Assembly: GCA_965223505.1 (NCBI GenBank)
Contig: CBDCWP010000039.1
Span: forward strand, 96,001 to 160,000
From: Planctomycetota bacterium
GTDB lineage: Bacteria > Planctomycetota > PLA2 > JAEUHO01
DNA: 64,000 nucleotides
Direction: 5' to 3'
Position numbers and translations under genes: made by a program. Below, piece by piece: positions 42,422-52,259 of the stretch. Within the stretch, counting starts at the first letter, position 1. Each line of letters begins with the position of its first letter. The notes below the pieces were generated by a model. That model had not been told where the DNA came from, did not search any database, and saw only the letters and a list, made by a program, of their open reading frames with translations.

Positions 42422-43132
42422 ATGACGAGAACGATCGTCATCGCCGGTACGTTCATCCTGATCCTCGCCGGCGCCGCGTACATCGCCGTGCTGGCGATCA
42501 TCGACGACGGCGCCGAGCGGGAAGACGTCGGCGAGCGTGTCATGCAGATCCAGGTCAACGAGAAGAACGCGGTCGCGGCGTTGAGAGAGCTGGCATTCGT
42601 GCAGGCGCGACTGCACGCGTCCGGTCGCGTCGACGAAGACGGCGACGGGTACGGGGAGTACGGCGGCATTCGCGAGCTGAGCGGAGCCGTCAATGGAAGG
42701 ATGGGGCGGGCTTTGAAGCCGCCGCTTCTCGATGTGATGTGGCGCAGCACCCTCGAGGACGGCACCGCGCTGATCGGCGGCTACCGGTTCCGAGTCTTCC
42801 TGCCGGGCTCGGAGGACGCGGCCGTCGGCGAGCCCGCCGGCGGGTACGGGCGCAAGCAGGTCGATGTCGACGGCGCGGAGACGCACTGGTGCTGCTATGC
42901 GTGGCCGAACCGCTACGGGCGCAGCGGCCGCCGTTCGTTCTTCGTCAACGAGCGGGCCGAGGTGCTCGAAGCGCCGAGCGCTCGCTACTCCGGAACCGAT
43001 CCCCAGCCGAGCGCCGGCGCGGCGTTCCTCCAGATGGAGGGGCGCACGATCGAGCAGCTCGGCGACGAGCTCGCCTTGCAGAGCGCCGGGCACGACGGAC
43101 ATCACTGGCGACAGCTGTTCGAGTGGGCGTAA
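42422..43132 (+). CDS. Pilin-globular-domain paralogue lacking the class III signal
   Basis: Shares NE..A.A.LR, D.D.DG.GEYGG..E.SG, GY.FR.FLP, D.AET.WC.YA.P..Y..SG.R.FF.N with the pilins; N-terminal TM without G|FxxxE. Confidence 0.8.
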   Translation: MTRTIVIAGTFILILAGAAYIAVLAIIDDGAEREDVGERVMQIQVNEKNAVAALRELAFVQARLHASGRVDEDGDGYGEYGGIRELSGAVNGRMGRALKPPLLDVMWRSTLEDGTALIGGYRFRVFLPGSEDAAVGEPAGGYGRKQVDVDGAETHWCCYAWPNRYGRSGRRSFFVNERAEVLEAPSARYSGTDPQPSAGAAFLQMEGRTIEQLGDELALQSAGHDGHHWRQLFEWA

Positions 43133-43165
43133 CCGCTGTCCGCCGCCGGGCGATGTCGCGTCGTC

Positions 43166-44248
43166 GTGGACGATGACCGCAACGCATGGATACGGCTCTC
43201 GCAGGCGCGCGGTGTGGGCGCGCACACGCTGCGCGTGCTCCTGACGCACTTCGGCTCGGCGCGCTCCGTGGTGGAAGCCGATCTCCCCGCGCTGAGCACG
43301 GGCATCGGGCCGAAGCGCGCACGTGCCCTGAAACGGTCGCTTCGCGCGGTGCGTCCCGGCGAGATCGAACGGCAAGCGGGCGATGTCGGGCAGCGCGTCC
43401 TGACGCCGTCGGACGACGGGTATCCCCACGCGGCATTCACCTCGCTGAGCGATCCGCCGTGCGCTCTCTTCGTGCGCGGCGCCCTCCCCGACGCCGGGAC
43501 GCCTGCCGTCGCGCTCGTCGGCACGCGCGAGGCGACCCGCTACGGGCTCGAAAACGCGCGCACGCTTGCCGAAGACCTCGCTCGCGCCGGCTGCTGGATC
43601 GTGAGCGGGTTCGCATTGGGCGTCGACGCTGCCGCACACGCCGGCGCGCTCGCCGGCGGCGGTCGCACCCTGGCCGTGCTCGGCTGCGGCGTCGACGTCG
43701 CGTACCCGGCGGCGCACGCCGACCTGAAGGAGGAGATCGTCGAACGCGGCGGATGCTGCAGCGAGCATCCCCCCGGTGTCGAGCCGCAACGGTGGCACTT
43801 TCCCATGCGCAACCGCCTGGTCGCTGCGCTATCCGACGCCACCGTCGTGATCGAGGCGCCGCACAAGAGCGGGGCCCTCATCACCGCCCAGCTGGCCGTC
43901 GAGTGCGGGCGCGAGGTGCTTGCCGTGCCCGGTCACGTACGTCGCCGTGCGCAGCGTGGATGCCATGGGCTCATCAAGCGCGGGGCCGCTGCGTTGTGCG
44001 AAGGCGCGGCGGACGTGCTCGAGGCCCTGGGGCTCGAGCGCGAGGGGGCCGATCGGCCGACCGTGGCATCCCTCGAGGGCCCTGCGCGCGTCGTCTGGGA
44101 GGCGCTCGACTGGGACCAGGCCGTGGAGTCGAACGCGCTCTGCCGCGCCACGGGTCTCGCGGCGCACGAGGTCGCCGAGGTGCTGACGCTGCTCGAGCTC
44201 GACGGCCGGGTACGGCGAACCCCCGGTGTCGGCTACACGCGGCTATGA
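43166..44248 (+). CDS. dprA: DNA-processing protein DprA
   Basis: DPP..LFVRG, VALVGTR.AT.YG, IVSGFALGVD..AH, FPMRNRLVA, EAP.KSGALITA, AVPG, C-terminal winged helix. Confidence 0.95.
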   Translation: MDDDRNAWIRLSQARGVGAHTLRVLLTHFGSARSVVEADLPALSTGIGPKRARALKRSLRAVRPGEIERQAGDVGQRVLTPSDDGYPHAAFTSLSDPPCALFVRGALPDAGTPAVALVGTREATRYGLENARTLAEDLARAGCWIVSGFALGVDAAAHAGALAGGGRTLAVLGCGVDVAYPAAHADLKEEIVERGGCCSEHPPGVEPQRWHFPMRNRLVAALSDATVVIEAPHKSGALITAQLAVECGREVLAVPGHVRRRAQRGCHGLIKRGAAALCEGAADVLEALGLEREGADRPTVASLEGPARVVWEALDWDQAVESNALCRATGLAAHEVAEVLTLLELDGRVRRTPGVGYTRL

Positions 44249-44575
44249 CGCGGGATAGACGAGATCGAATTCGGGTGAGCCCGTGATCGGCCACAACACC
44301 GCGAAGTGGTGGAGGAGATCCGAGACGATCAGCGCGATGCCGACGACGTACAGCAGGTTGCGCGGGCCGGACCTAGCCGAGATCCACAGCGCTACGAGGA
44401 TCATCACGACTCCCACGTAGCCGTGGTGGATGCGCAACCCGAACGTCAGCTTCGAGACGAACGTCGTGTCACGCGTCGACTGAAGGTCGAGACCGAAGCG
44501 GAACGCCATCGTGATCAGCTCGATGACGACGGCGAGGACGAGTCCCCAGCGCACGATGCCCTTGCGGTCGAGCAT
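44243..44575 (-). CDS. Small membrane protein
   Basis: Three hydrophobic segments, RIHHGYVG and SDLLHH motifs. Confidence 0.7.
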   Translation of the reverse strand: MLDRKGIVRWGLVLAVVIELITMAFRFGLDLQSTRDTTFVSKLTFGLRIHHGYVGVVMILVALWISARSGPRNLLYVVGIALIVSDLLHHFAVLWPITGSPEFDLVYPAS

Positions 44576-44609
44576 GGCGCAGCGGTTCAGTGTCCCTCGC
44601 AGCACGAGC

Positions 44610-44798
44610 TCAACCCGAGAAGAAGTGTGCGATGAGATGAATGACGATCCCGACGCCGACGACACCGATGCTGAGCGCGACGAATGCGTGCAGGATCGAT
44701 CCCGGCAGCTTCCTGGGGGACTCCGTCCCGGCGCTGCCCAACACCATCGCGACGCCCAGCATGATGGGCGGGAACCAGATCAGGTCGCCCCAGCTCAC
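44610..44798 (-). CDS. Small membrane protein
   Basis: Two TM segments; GTGA overlap with the upstream gene. Confidence 0.6.
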   Translation of the reverse strand: MSWGDLIWFPPIMLGVAMVLGSAGTESPRKLPGSILHAFVALSIGVVGVGIVIHLIAHFFSG

Positions 44799-45382
44799 GA
44801 CTCCTCCCCTTCGAACATCGGCGGTGGGTCATCGGGGGCGGAGAGATCCACGACGTCGGCGTCGAGACGCGCTTCGGCTTCGCGTCGCGCGGCCGCGGCG
44901 CGCCGGCGCTCGAACTGGCGCAGCGCCTCGACCTCGGCGTTGTGCACCTGGGCGTCGGTGAGTGCGTCCGAGATCGCCACCGCGTTGAGCAGTCCGGCGA
45001 CGGCGACATACAGCCGGCCGACCTCGAAGTACGGGTAGTAGCTCCCTTCCGTCGTGATGCTCTCCGTGAGGAGGAGCGTCAGCGCCGTCGGCCCGCCGGC
45101 AAACACGTGCGCGGCGAACTCGAGCGTGTACGTATCCGGGTTCACGCACGAAAACCCCGTGAGGGCGAGCCCCCAGAAGTAGAGGCCGCCGATCGCGATG
45201 AGCATCATCAGCGCCTTGTCGGGACGGCCCACGACGATCTGGCCCAGGCCCGGGACGGCCCAGCCGAGCAGCCCGACCAGCAGCGGCGGCCGGCGCCTCG
45301 GAATGGGAGAGGCGGGCAGCCAGCTCCCCCGGTCGTCGGGCTCATCTGCCGTCGTGAGGTCGCTGGGCTCGGCGTAGTCCAT
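44795..45382 (-). CDS. Membrane protein (W..PGLG.. / Y..VAGLLN..A..DA type)
   Basis: LLGWAVPGLGQ...GR..KA, GRLYVAVAGLLNAVAISDA. Confidence 0.7.
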   Translation of the reverse strand: MDYAEPSDLTTADEPDDRGSWLPASPIPRRRPPLLVGLLGWAVPGLGQIVVGRPDKALMMLIAIGGLYFWGLALTGFSCVNPDTYTLEFAAHVFAGGPTALTLLLTESITTEGSYYPYFEVGRLYVAVAGLLNAVAISDALTDAQVHNAEVEALRQFERRRAAAARREAEARLDADVVDLSAPDDPPPMFEGEES

Positions 45383-45433
45383 CTGACGCGAGATTATCGA
45401 CGCGCCCCGGCGGCACCCCCGGATAATCCCTGC

Positions 45434-45898
45434 ATGAGCGATGCGGGGCCCGGCAACGAGACGTCCATTCGGGTGCGGTACTGCGAAGTCGACCGCATGG
45501 GCTTCCTGCACCACGGGCACTACCTCGCCTACTTCGAGGAAGGCCGGACCGAACTCATGCGTTCGCTGGGGGTTACGTACCGCGAGGTCGAAGACGCGGG
45601 GACGTTGCTCGTCGTCGTCGAATCGGGTGTGCGACACCGTCAGCCCGCGCGCTACGACGACCTGCTCACGATCCGAACGCGGCTGACCGAGGTTCGGGGT
45701 GTGCGCCTTCGTTTCGACTACCACGTCATGCGTGACGACGACCTGCTGGCGACCGGTCACACGGTGCTGGCTGCGACGGACACCCAGGGGCGTCCGCGCA
45801 GGCTGCCTGCCGACCTGCGCGGCAGAATGGGGGCCGTCACGCCCGCCGCATCGACCCGCAAGGACCAGCCCGCGCCGAACGTCCAAGGCACGTCATGA
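45434..45898 (+). CDS. YbgC/FadM-family acyl-CoA thioesterase
   Basis: IRVRYCEVDRMG..HH..Y..YFEEGR, PARYDD, GRP.RLP. Confidence 0.9.
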   Translation: MSDAGPGNETSIRVRYCEVDRMGFLHHGHYLAYFEEGRTELMRSLGVTYREVEDAGTLLVVVESGVRHRQPARYDDLLTIRTRLTEVRGVRLRFDYHVMRDDDLLATGHTVLAATDTQGRPRRLPADLRGRMGAVTPAASTRKDQPAPNVQGTS

Positions 45899-46884
45899 CC
45901 TACCGAATCTCCGCTTCCGTCGCGCTGGCCGCCGTCCTGCTGCTCTGCGCCTGCAATCAGACTCCCAGGTCGGGCGCGCCGACCGACACCGCCAAGGCGC
46001 CGGCCGGTCCCGGGCTCAGTCCGACCGATCCCCTGATGACCCGCTTCAAGCGTGTCGATCTGCGGTTGCGTGACTGGGAAGACGCGACGGCGGGCGGCCA
46101 AGTCGTCAAGGCGGACCTGCTCGCGCAGCAGCTGCGTCAGGACGTTGACGGCGCCTACGCCGCCTTCGTCGAGGCGGCCGAAGGGAAGCGCGGCGCCGAG
46201 CTCCAGTACCTGGCGACGAGCGCGCTCGCGTTCGCGTCCGATCCCGGGGCGACCCAGATCGTGCTCGCGAGGATCGGTGAGCGCGATGCGACGCTCGCCG
46301 CCAACGCGTTGGTGGCGCTCAAGGTGCGAGCGGATCCCAACACGCCTCTCGAGCCGATCCTGCGGCTCGTCTCGCCGCGCACGCCGACGTTGCCGCGACG
46401 CTACGCCCCGCTCGCGCTCGCGAACGTTCTCGAGGCGAAGCGCGCGGCGGGCGCGCCAGCCGATGCCGAGCTGAGCGCGCGGGCGTTGCAGGCGCTCTCC
46501 CGCATCTCGAGCGACAGCGACGCATTCGTTCGCCTGCATGCGGCGAAAGCGCTCGGCGCTCTGCGCATGCCCGCCGCGTACGACAGCCTCGTCCTGCTCG
46601 CAAACGACGAGGACATGCAGATTCGTCTCGCGGCGGCCGCGGCGTTCGAACGGTCGGCGGATCCGCGCGGGTTTCCCGAGGTCGTGCGTCTGTTGCACGA
46701 CGTCGAGCCCCAGTCGAAGTCGCTCATTCGGGACGTGCTCACGTCGTACGGTCAACGGCTGCCGAACAGCACGCTCACCGAGGCACAGGCCCAGGGCTTC
46801 GGCGTCAGCCCGGCCGCGTGGAGCCGGTGGTTCTCCCAATATCAGGCCCAGATGGGCATTCGGGTGTCCGGACGAGGGACATAG
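45895..46884 (+). CDS. HEAT-repeat lipoprotein
   Basis: LCAC lipobox; D.DAFVRLHAAKALG and D.DMQIRLAAA repeats. Confidence 0.8.
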   Translation: MTYRISASVALAAVLLLCACNQTPRSGAPTDTAKAPAGPGLSPTDPLMTRFKRVDLRLRDWEDATAGGQVVKADLLAQQLRQDVDGAYAAFVEAAEGKRGAELQYLATSALAFASDPGATQIVLARIGERDATLAANALVALKVRADPNTPLEPILRLVSPRTPTLPRRYAPLALANVLEAKRAAGAPADAELSARALQALSRISSDSDAFVRLHAAKALGALRMPAAYDSLVLLANDEDMQIRLAAAAAFERSADPRGFPEVVRLLHDVEPQSKSLIRDVLTSYGQRLPNSTLTEAQAQGFGVSPAAWSRWFSQYQAQMGIRVSGRGT

Positions 46885-46963
46885 CGCGGATCTGGGCTAG
46901 TCTCCCTGCGGTCGGGCCACCGAGGCGCGGCATGGTGTGGACTGGGCTCCGAGAGAAAACCGC

Positions 46964-47455
46964 ATGCGTTCGCTACCCTTCGTCGTGCTCGGCCTGAGCA
47001 CGCTCCTGCTCTGCGCCCCGGCCGAAGCGCGGTCGGCGCTCGTCGGCAAGAAGGCGCCCGAGATCTCCCTCAGCGGCGGCGTGCACGGCGTTTCGTCGCG
47101 CACGACGATGGCGGCGCAAAAGGGACACCCGGTGCTGGTGGTGTTCTGGAATCCGGGCTGACCCCGCTGCAAGCCCCACATGCCGCTGGTCCAGCGGCTG
47201 CACGACCGGTACGGAAAGCGCGGACTCAAGACGATCGCGATCGCGTCGGTTTCCCGCGAAAAGGTCGCGCGGGAGATGCGCCGGCGCCGCTACGACTTCG
47301 GCGCGGGCGTGGACACGTCGGGCGTCACCCAGCGCCGCTGGAAGATCGGCAAGTATCCGGTGACGTTCATCGTCGGCTGTGACGGCAAGGTCAAGCCGCT
47401 CGTCGGCGGGCGTTGGTCCACGACCATCGAGTCCGAGCTCAAGAAGATGAAGTAG
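46964..47455 (+). CDS. Exported TlpA/peroxiredoxin-like thioredoxin-fold selenoprotein (UxxC; TGA 47159-47161 read as Sec)
   Basis: ORFs 46937-47161 and 47180-47455 are in one frame separated by a single TGA: VG.KAPEI..KG.PVLVVFWNPG-U-PRC...YP.TFIV..DGKV; SECIS-like hairpin 47182-47198. Confidence 0.85.
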
Positions 47456-47508
47456 GTTTTCGGCGGGGGTCGGGTTCCGGGATCGGGTTTCGGGATCGGG
47501 ATCGGGCC

Positions 47509-49782
47509 CTACAACACACCCACAGGATCGACGTCCCACGTCTCCTCGACACCGCCACGCGGCCGCTTGGCCGCGCGAAGCGCCCGCAACACCATCGCAA
47601 TCTCACGATGGTCCGGCGCCTTGATCAACAGATGGCGCCGTACACGACCCTGGACCCGCTCGATCGGCGGCACCGCCGGTCCGAGAATCTGCGTCGCCGG
47701 CGTCGCCGTTCGAACGACCAATCGACACGTCTCGTCTGCCCGTCGGACGACCTCCCGCTCGTTCTTGCCGCGCACGACGACACGCAGCAGTCGCGCGAAC
47801 GGCGCGTAGCCGAACTGCTTGCGCTCCTGGAGCTCGTGCGCCGCGAACGCGTCGAAGTCCTGGTCCGCCGCCAAGCGAATCGCGGGATGCTCCGGCAGAT
47901 TCGTTTGTACGACGACGCGCCCACTGCGCTTGCCGCGGCCCGCGCGACCTGCGACCTGCGCGACGAGGGAGAACGTACGCTCCGCGGAACGGAAGTCCGG
48001 TAGCGCCAATGCCGTATCCGCCGAGATGATGCCCACCAGCGTCACGCCCGGGAAGTCCAGGCCCTTCGCGATCATCTGGGTCCCGACCAACACGTCGATC
48101 TCGCGACGTCCGAACCGGCCGAGTACGTCCTCGTACGCCTCGCGCGTCGCCATGGTGTCGGAGTCCATGCGCGCGATACGCGCCTTCGGAAACAGATGCG
48201 CGATCTCGTCTTCGACCGTCTGCGTGCCCACACCTTGGAGTCGAAGCGACGGAAACGCGCAGTCGGGACATGCCGGAGGCACCTTCGACTCGTGCCCGCA
48301 GAGGTGACACAGCGCCAGCGCGTCCGAGCGGTGGTACGTGAGGGCGACGTCGCACTGCTTGCAGTTGACGACGAAGCCGCAGCGCCGGCACGCGACGCTC
48401 GTCGCGAAGCCGCGACGGTTCTGCAACAGGATCACCTGGCCGCGCGTGCGCAGCGCTTCGCTCACGCGCACCTCGAGCGTGCGTCCGATGTAGCGCAGTG
48501 CCGTTCCCTGGCTTGGATCGAGGCGCCGTCCGGCGCGCTCGTCTTCCTGGCGCATGTCCACGATCTGAACAGAGGGCGGCTCGCGCCCGGGTACCCGCCG
48601 GGTCATGCGCAGGAGCGCGTAGCGGCCCTTCAGCGCATGCCGATAGGTCTCCAGCGAGGGCGTGGCCGTGCCCAGCACGACGACGGCGCCGGTGTCGCGC
48701 GCGCGCAGCAGGCCGACGTCCCGCGCGTGGTAGCGCGGTGCGTTCTGCTGCTTGAACGACGTCTCGTGCTCTTCGTCGACGACGATGAGGCCCAGGCGCG
48801 GCACCGGCGCGAAGATCGCGCTGCGCGGGCCGATCACGACATCCGCTTCGCCCGCGCGAATGCGCTTCCACGCCCGTGCGCGATCCGCCTCGGTCATCGC
48901 CGAGTGCAGGACCGCCACGCGCTCGAACCGCGCCCGGAAGCGGCGCACGGTCTGCGGTGTGAGCGCGATCTCCGGAACGAGCACGACGGCCTGCCGGCCC
49001 TGCGCGCGGCAGGACTCGATCGCCTGGAGGTAGACCTCGGTCTTGCCGGAGCCCGTGATGCCGAGCAGGAGGAACGGCGCGTAGGCGCGCTGCTCGAGGG
49101 CGGCCTCGAGCGCCTCGACGGCGACGCGCTGCTCCTCCGTGAGGCGGTGCGGCTTCGCTCGTTCCGCCGACGCCTCCGCGGCGTCGACGAGCGCGTCTTC
49201 GTCGGCGCGCTCTCTCTCCAGGTCGACGAGTCCGCGCTTGGCGAGGGTGTGAATCGGGCTCGGCGAGACGTGCGCGCGGCGGCACAGCTCCGCCAGGACG
49301 AAGCCCTCGGGGAACTTTCGAAGCCAACGCAACACGCGCTCCTGCGCGTCGTTCGTCCCGGCGGGTGCTTCGGTGGCATCCGTTGCGAGCGTGACCCGGA
49401 TGCGAACGGCGCCCTTGCCGCGCATGCGAACGCCCCGCGGCACCATCGCGGCGAGCGCTTCCCCGAGCGACGTTCCGTAGTAGCGCGCGACGAAACGGCC
49501 GAGTGACAGCAGCGCTTCGTCGAGGAGCGGCTCGGTGTCCGGCGCTTCCAGGACGTCGAGGATCCCGGCGACCGGCGGTTGGCTTTGCAGCTCCGCGACG
49601 ATGCCGGTGAGCTGACGGCGTCGGAACGGGACGGTGACCCGATGGCCGACGCGGGCGTTCGCCGTCAACGCGGTCGGAACGCGATACGTGAAGAGCCGGT
49701 CGACGGGGATGTCGAGTGCCACGCCGACGTACGTCGCCGCGGGCGCGTCCACGGGACGCGTCTCGGTGGCGGGCTTCTTCAC
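47509..49782 (-). CDS. priA: Primosomal protein N' (replication restart helicase)
   Basis: GITGSGKTEVY, LVPEIALTPQ, VDEEHE.SFKQ, NRRGF, four CxxC pairs, GTQMIAKGLDFP, QVAGRAGR; GTG start is approximate. Confidence 0.96.
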   Translation of the reverse strand: MKKPATETRPVDAPAATYVGVALDIPVDRLFTYRVPTALTANARVGHRVTVPFRRRQLTGIVAELQSQPPVAGILDVLEAPDTEPLLDEALLSLGRFVARYYGTSLGEALAAMVPRGVRMRGKGAVRIRVTLATDATEAPAGTNDAQERVLRWLRKFPEGFVLAELCRRAHVSPSPIHTLAKRGLVDLERERADEDALVDAAEASAERAKPHRLTEEQRVAVEALEAALEQRAYAPFLLLGITGSGKTEVYLQAIESCRAQGRQAVVLVPEIALTPQTVRRFRARFERVAVLHSAMTEADRARAWKRIRAGEADVVIGPRSAIFAPVPRLGLIVVDEEHETSFKQQNAPRYHARDVGLLRARDTGAVVVLGTATPSLETYRHALKGRYALLRMTRRVPGREPPSVQIVDMRQEDERAGRRLDPSQGTALRYIGRTLEVRVSEALRTRGQVILLQNRRGFATSVACRRCGFVVNCKQCDVALTYHRSDALALCHLCGHESKVPPACPDCAFPSLRLQGVGTQTVEDEIAHLFPKARIARMDSDTMATREAYEDVLGRFGRREIDVLVGTQMIAKGLDFPGVTLVGIISADTALALPDFRSAERTFSLVAQVAGRAGRGKRSGRVVVQTNLPEHPAIRLAADQDFDAFAAHELQERKQFGYAPFARLLRVVVRGKNEREVVRRADETCRLVVRTATPATQILGPAVPPIERVQGRVRRHLLIKAPDHREIAMVLRALRAAKRPRGGVEETWDVDPVGVL

Positions 49783-49790
49783 GCCGGAGT

Positions 49791-51308
49791 TTACGGCGTG
49801 CGGCCGACCACCGCGGCTTCGAGCCGCAGGAGCTTGCCGTCCGTCCACAGCGCGCCGCGAATCGCGCCGCCGCCAAGGACCGAGAGCATCCCGCCCTCCT
49901 GCACGGCCTTGCCCAGGATCTTCTCGGCGCGCGCCCGGTCCATGTAGAACGCCGCGACCAGCCGCAGTCCCTCCGTCGGCGGGGTGGGGGGCGCGAATCG
50001 CGGGTTCGTGGCCAGGTGCGTTCGAAAGCGTTCGAGCGCCTTCTTCGCCGACTGGCCGTAGGTCAAGACGCTCAGCTCGTTCGTCGTGGCGTGCTCGATC
50101 GACCCTTCGGGCGACGTCCGGTCGCGTCCCGTGTCGATGACCGTGAACGGCGCCGCGCCGGAAGGGAGCGCCATCGTCGCGCCGGGTTCCGGGATGTCCC
50201 CCAGCGTGTCGCGCAGCGGGGCGAGCGACGGCGTCGCGATGCCCACCGTCAGTGCGTACACGGCGTCGCCACTCTGACGTTCGCCCCAGATGAGCAGGCC
50301 GTCGTCGCCCTCGCCCGCTTGCGTCAGCGACTGGAGGGCGAGCGTCTCGGCATCGCCCGCGGTGATCACCGGGAAGTCGACGCCGCACGAGTAGAGCGTG
50401 CTCGAAAGAACGGCGCGCGAGACGGCATCGGGAACGTACAGCCAGACGTGCGCGTCGGCCGGAGGCGCCGGCACGAGGCCGGTCGGCGAAGGCGCTTCGT
50501 GAAGGGCCTTCAGCGCCTGGTTGACGAAGAACCTCGGCGAACGGGTCGGCTCGAGCTCGACACGCACGCGCCCCTGTTCCCGCCACGCCCACATGCGGGC
50601 GAGCGACCACGAGTCGCGCAGCCGGCGCACGCGGGCGGAGCTCGGGATCGGCGCGTCCTCTCCGGCCCGGCTCTTCAACGCCGCGGCGGCGACCTCGTCG
50701 AGGTCGACCCCGAATGCCTCGAGCAGCGGACGCCATGGCAGCTGCCGCGCCGACCGCATGGCGAGATCCACGAGTGCGGGAATGCGCGCGATGACGGCGA
50801 AGTCCTCGTCGCCGGGCGGAATGGAGATCCCGCCGGTGCCCATGCGGCGCACGGCGTCGCGGACGTGCGAGACGCCGGCCCAGTCGCCCTGGATCTCCAG
50901 GTATTGCGCATGGCGGATGTAGCCCTGCTCGATCTTCCGAAGGTCGTTGAACTCGGCTTCGAACGCGTCGGCGTCATCCAGGGGGAAGGTCACCATGGAC
51001 GCGTCGAGCCGACCGCGCGGCGGAATGAGGAGCCAGTGGATCGGCTTCTCGGGATCCACCCCGTTCAGCCGGGGCACGTTGCGGTCGCGCGCCATGATCG
51101 AGATCGGCAGCGGGACCGTCGGGCCGCGCGGGCCCGGGAAGAGGTCGTTGAGCGCGGCCGCGTTGCGGAATCGCCAGGTCAGGATGGTGTCCTCGGGCGG
51201 CAGCTCCTCGATGCTCGGCTTCCCGCGCACGGCGGGCTGAATGAAGAAGTAGAGCAAACCCAGGATCAGCGGGGCGAGGATCCAAAGGGCGGGAGGCGGG
51301 CGGCGCAT
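49791..51308 (-). CDS. Hypothetical membrane-anchored protein
   Basis: N-terminal TM (ALWILAPLILGLLYFFI), host-like codon usage, ends just upstream of priA. Confidence 0.65.
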   Translation of the reverse strand: MRRPPPALWILAPLILGLLYFFIQPAVRGKPSIEELPPEDTILTWRFRNAAALNDLFPGPRGPTVPLPISIMARDRNVPRLNGVDPEKPIHWLLIPPRGRLDASMVTFPLDDADAFEAEFNDLRKIEQGYIRHAQYLEIQGDWAGVSHVRDAVRRMGTGGISIPPGDEDFAVIARIPALVDLAMRSARQLPWRPLLEAFGVDLDEVAAAALKSRAGEDAPIPSSARVRRLRDSWSLARMWAWREQGRVRVELEPTRSPRFFVNQALKALHEAPSPTGLVPAPPADAHVWLYVPDAVSRAVLSSTLYSCGVDFPVITAGDAETLALQSLTQAGEGDDGLLIWGERQSGDAVYALTVGIATPSLAPLRDTLGDIPEPGATMALPSGAAPFTVIDTGRDRTSPEGSIEHATTNELSVLTYGQSAKKALERFRTHLATNPRFAPPTPPTEGLRLVAAFYMDRARAEKILGKAVQEGGMLSVLGGGAIRGALWTDGKLLRLEAAVVGRTP

Positions 51309-51383
51309 GAAAGTGCTCCACAGAGGCGTCGGGGAAGTTACGGCGTCGGCGATCCCCGTGCTATTCCTGCCCGTCCCTGCACG

Positions 51384-52259
51384 ATGGTACCCGGACTCAA
51401 ACGGCTGCGGCGGCACTTCGACGCCATCCTCTTCGACCTGGACGGAACGCTCCTGGACGGCCGCGGCATGCTCAACGAGCGCACGATCGACGCCGTCGGC
51501 GCGCTGGTGGAAGCTGGATTCCTCGTGATTCCGTGCACGGGCCGAAGCTTCGGCGGGACGGTTCCCACCTACAAGGCGCTCGGGCTGGACGGCCCGCTCG
51601 TCAGCTACAACGGAAACTGGATCGGCAAGCCCGACGAGCCGCCCATGCGGCACATTCCGATCCCCGATGACAGCGTGCCCCACATCGCCGCGATGGAGGA
51701 GAGCGCGCACTTCACCTTCCGGCACTTCGACGAACGCAAGTACACGTTGCTGTCGTCGCACCCCGAGCATCTGCGGGTGGCGGCCTGGTACGAGAACGTC
51801 ACGGCGACCCACGAACCGTCGGAGCTTCCGGAGAGCAACTTGATGCGCGCCAGCTTGTTCGTCGACGGCGAGCTCGCTGCGGACGAGCTGTTCGCTTCGT
51901 TGCCGGACCACGCGCGCGAGCACCTGCATCAAGAGGTGTTCCCGCTCAGCCTCTTTCCGTACTACGAGGACTCGAAGCTCGCGTTGTGCGAGCTGCAGGG
52001 CAAGTCGCGCGGCAAGGCCGAGGTCTACGAGGTGCTGTCGGAGACGTTCGGGATCCCCGCGCGCCGCGTAGCGGCATTCGGCGATCACCGCAACGACAAG
52101 TCGATGCTGGCCGGCGCGGGCCTCGCGGTGGTGCCGTCCAACGCGGCGCCCGAGGTGCGTCCGTTGGCGGACATGGTCATCGGCCACCACGCCGACGATG
52201 CCGTCGCGAAGTGGGTCGAAGCCGGCGCGCCCACGGACGGCGCGGGGATCCGTCGTTGA
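51384..52259 (+). CDS. Cof-type HAD-superfamily hydrolase
   Basis: FDLDGTLL, CTGR, SYNG, GKA, AFGD.RND.SML. Confidence 0.9.
   Translation: MVPGLKRLRRHFDAILFDLDGTLLDGRGMLNERTIDAVGALVEAGFLVIPCTGRSFGGTVPTYKALGLDGPLVSYNGNWIGKPDEPPMRHIPIPDDSVPHIAAMEESAHFTFRHFDERKYTLLSSHPEHLRVAAWYENVTATHEPSELPESNLMRASLFVDGELAADELFASLPDHAREHLHQEVFPLSLFPYYEDSKLALCELQGKSRGKAEVYEVLSETFGIPARRVAAFGDHRNDKSMLAGAGLAVVPSNAAPEVRPLADMVIGHHADDAVAKWVEAGAPTDGAGIRR

Noticed and set aside
46937..47455. Two separate small ORFs or a nonsense pseudogene
   Set aside because: The stop falls exactly at the catalytic Cys position and is followed by a SECIS-like hairpin; Sec recoding is the better explanation, pending sel genes.
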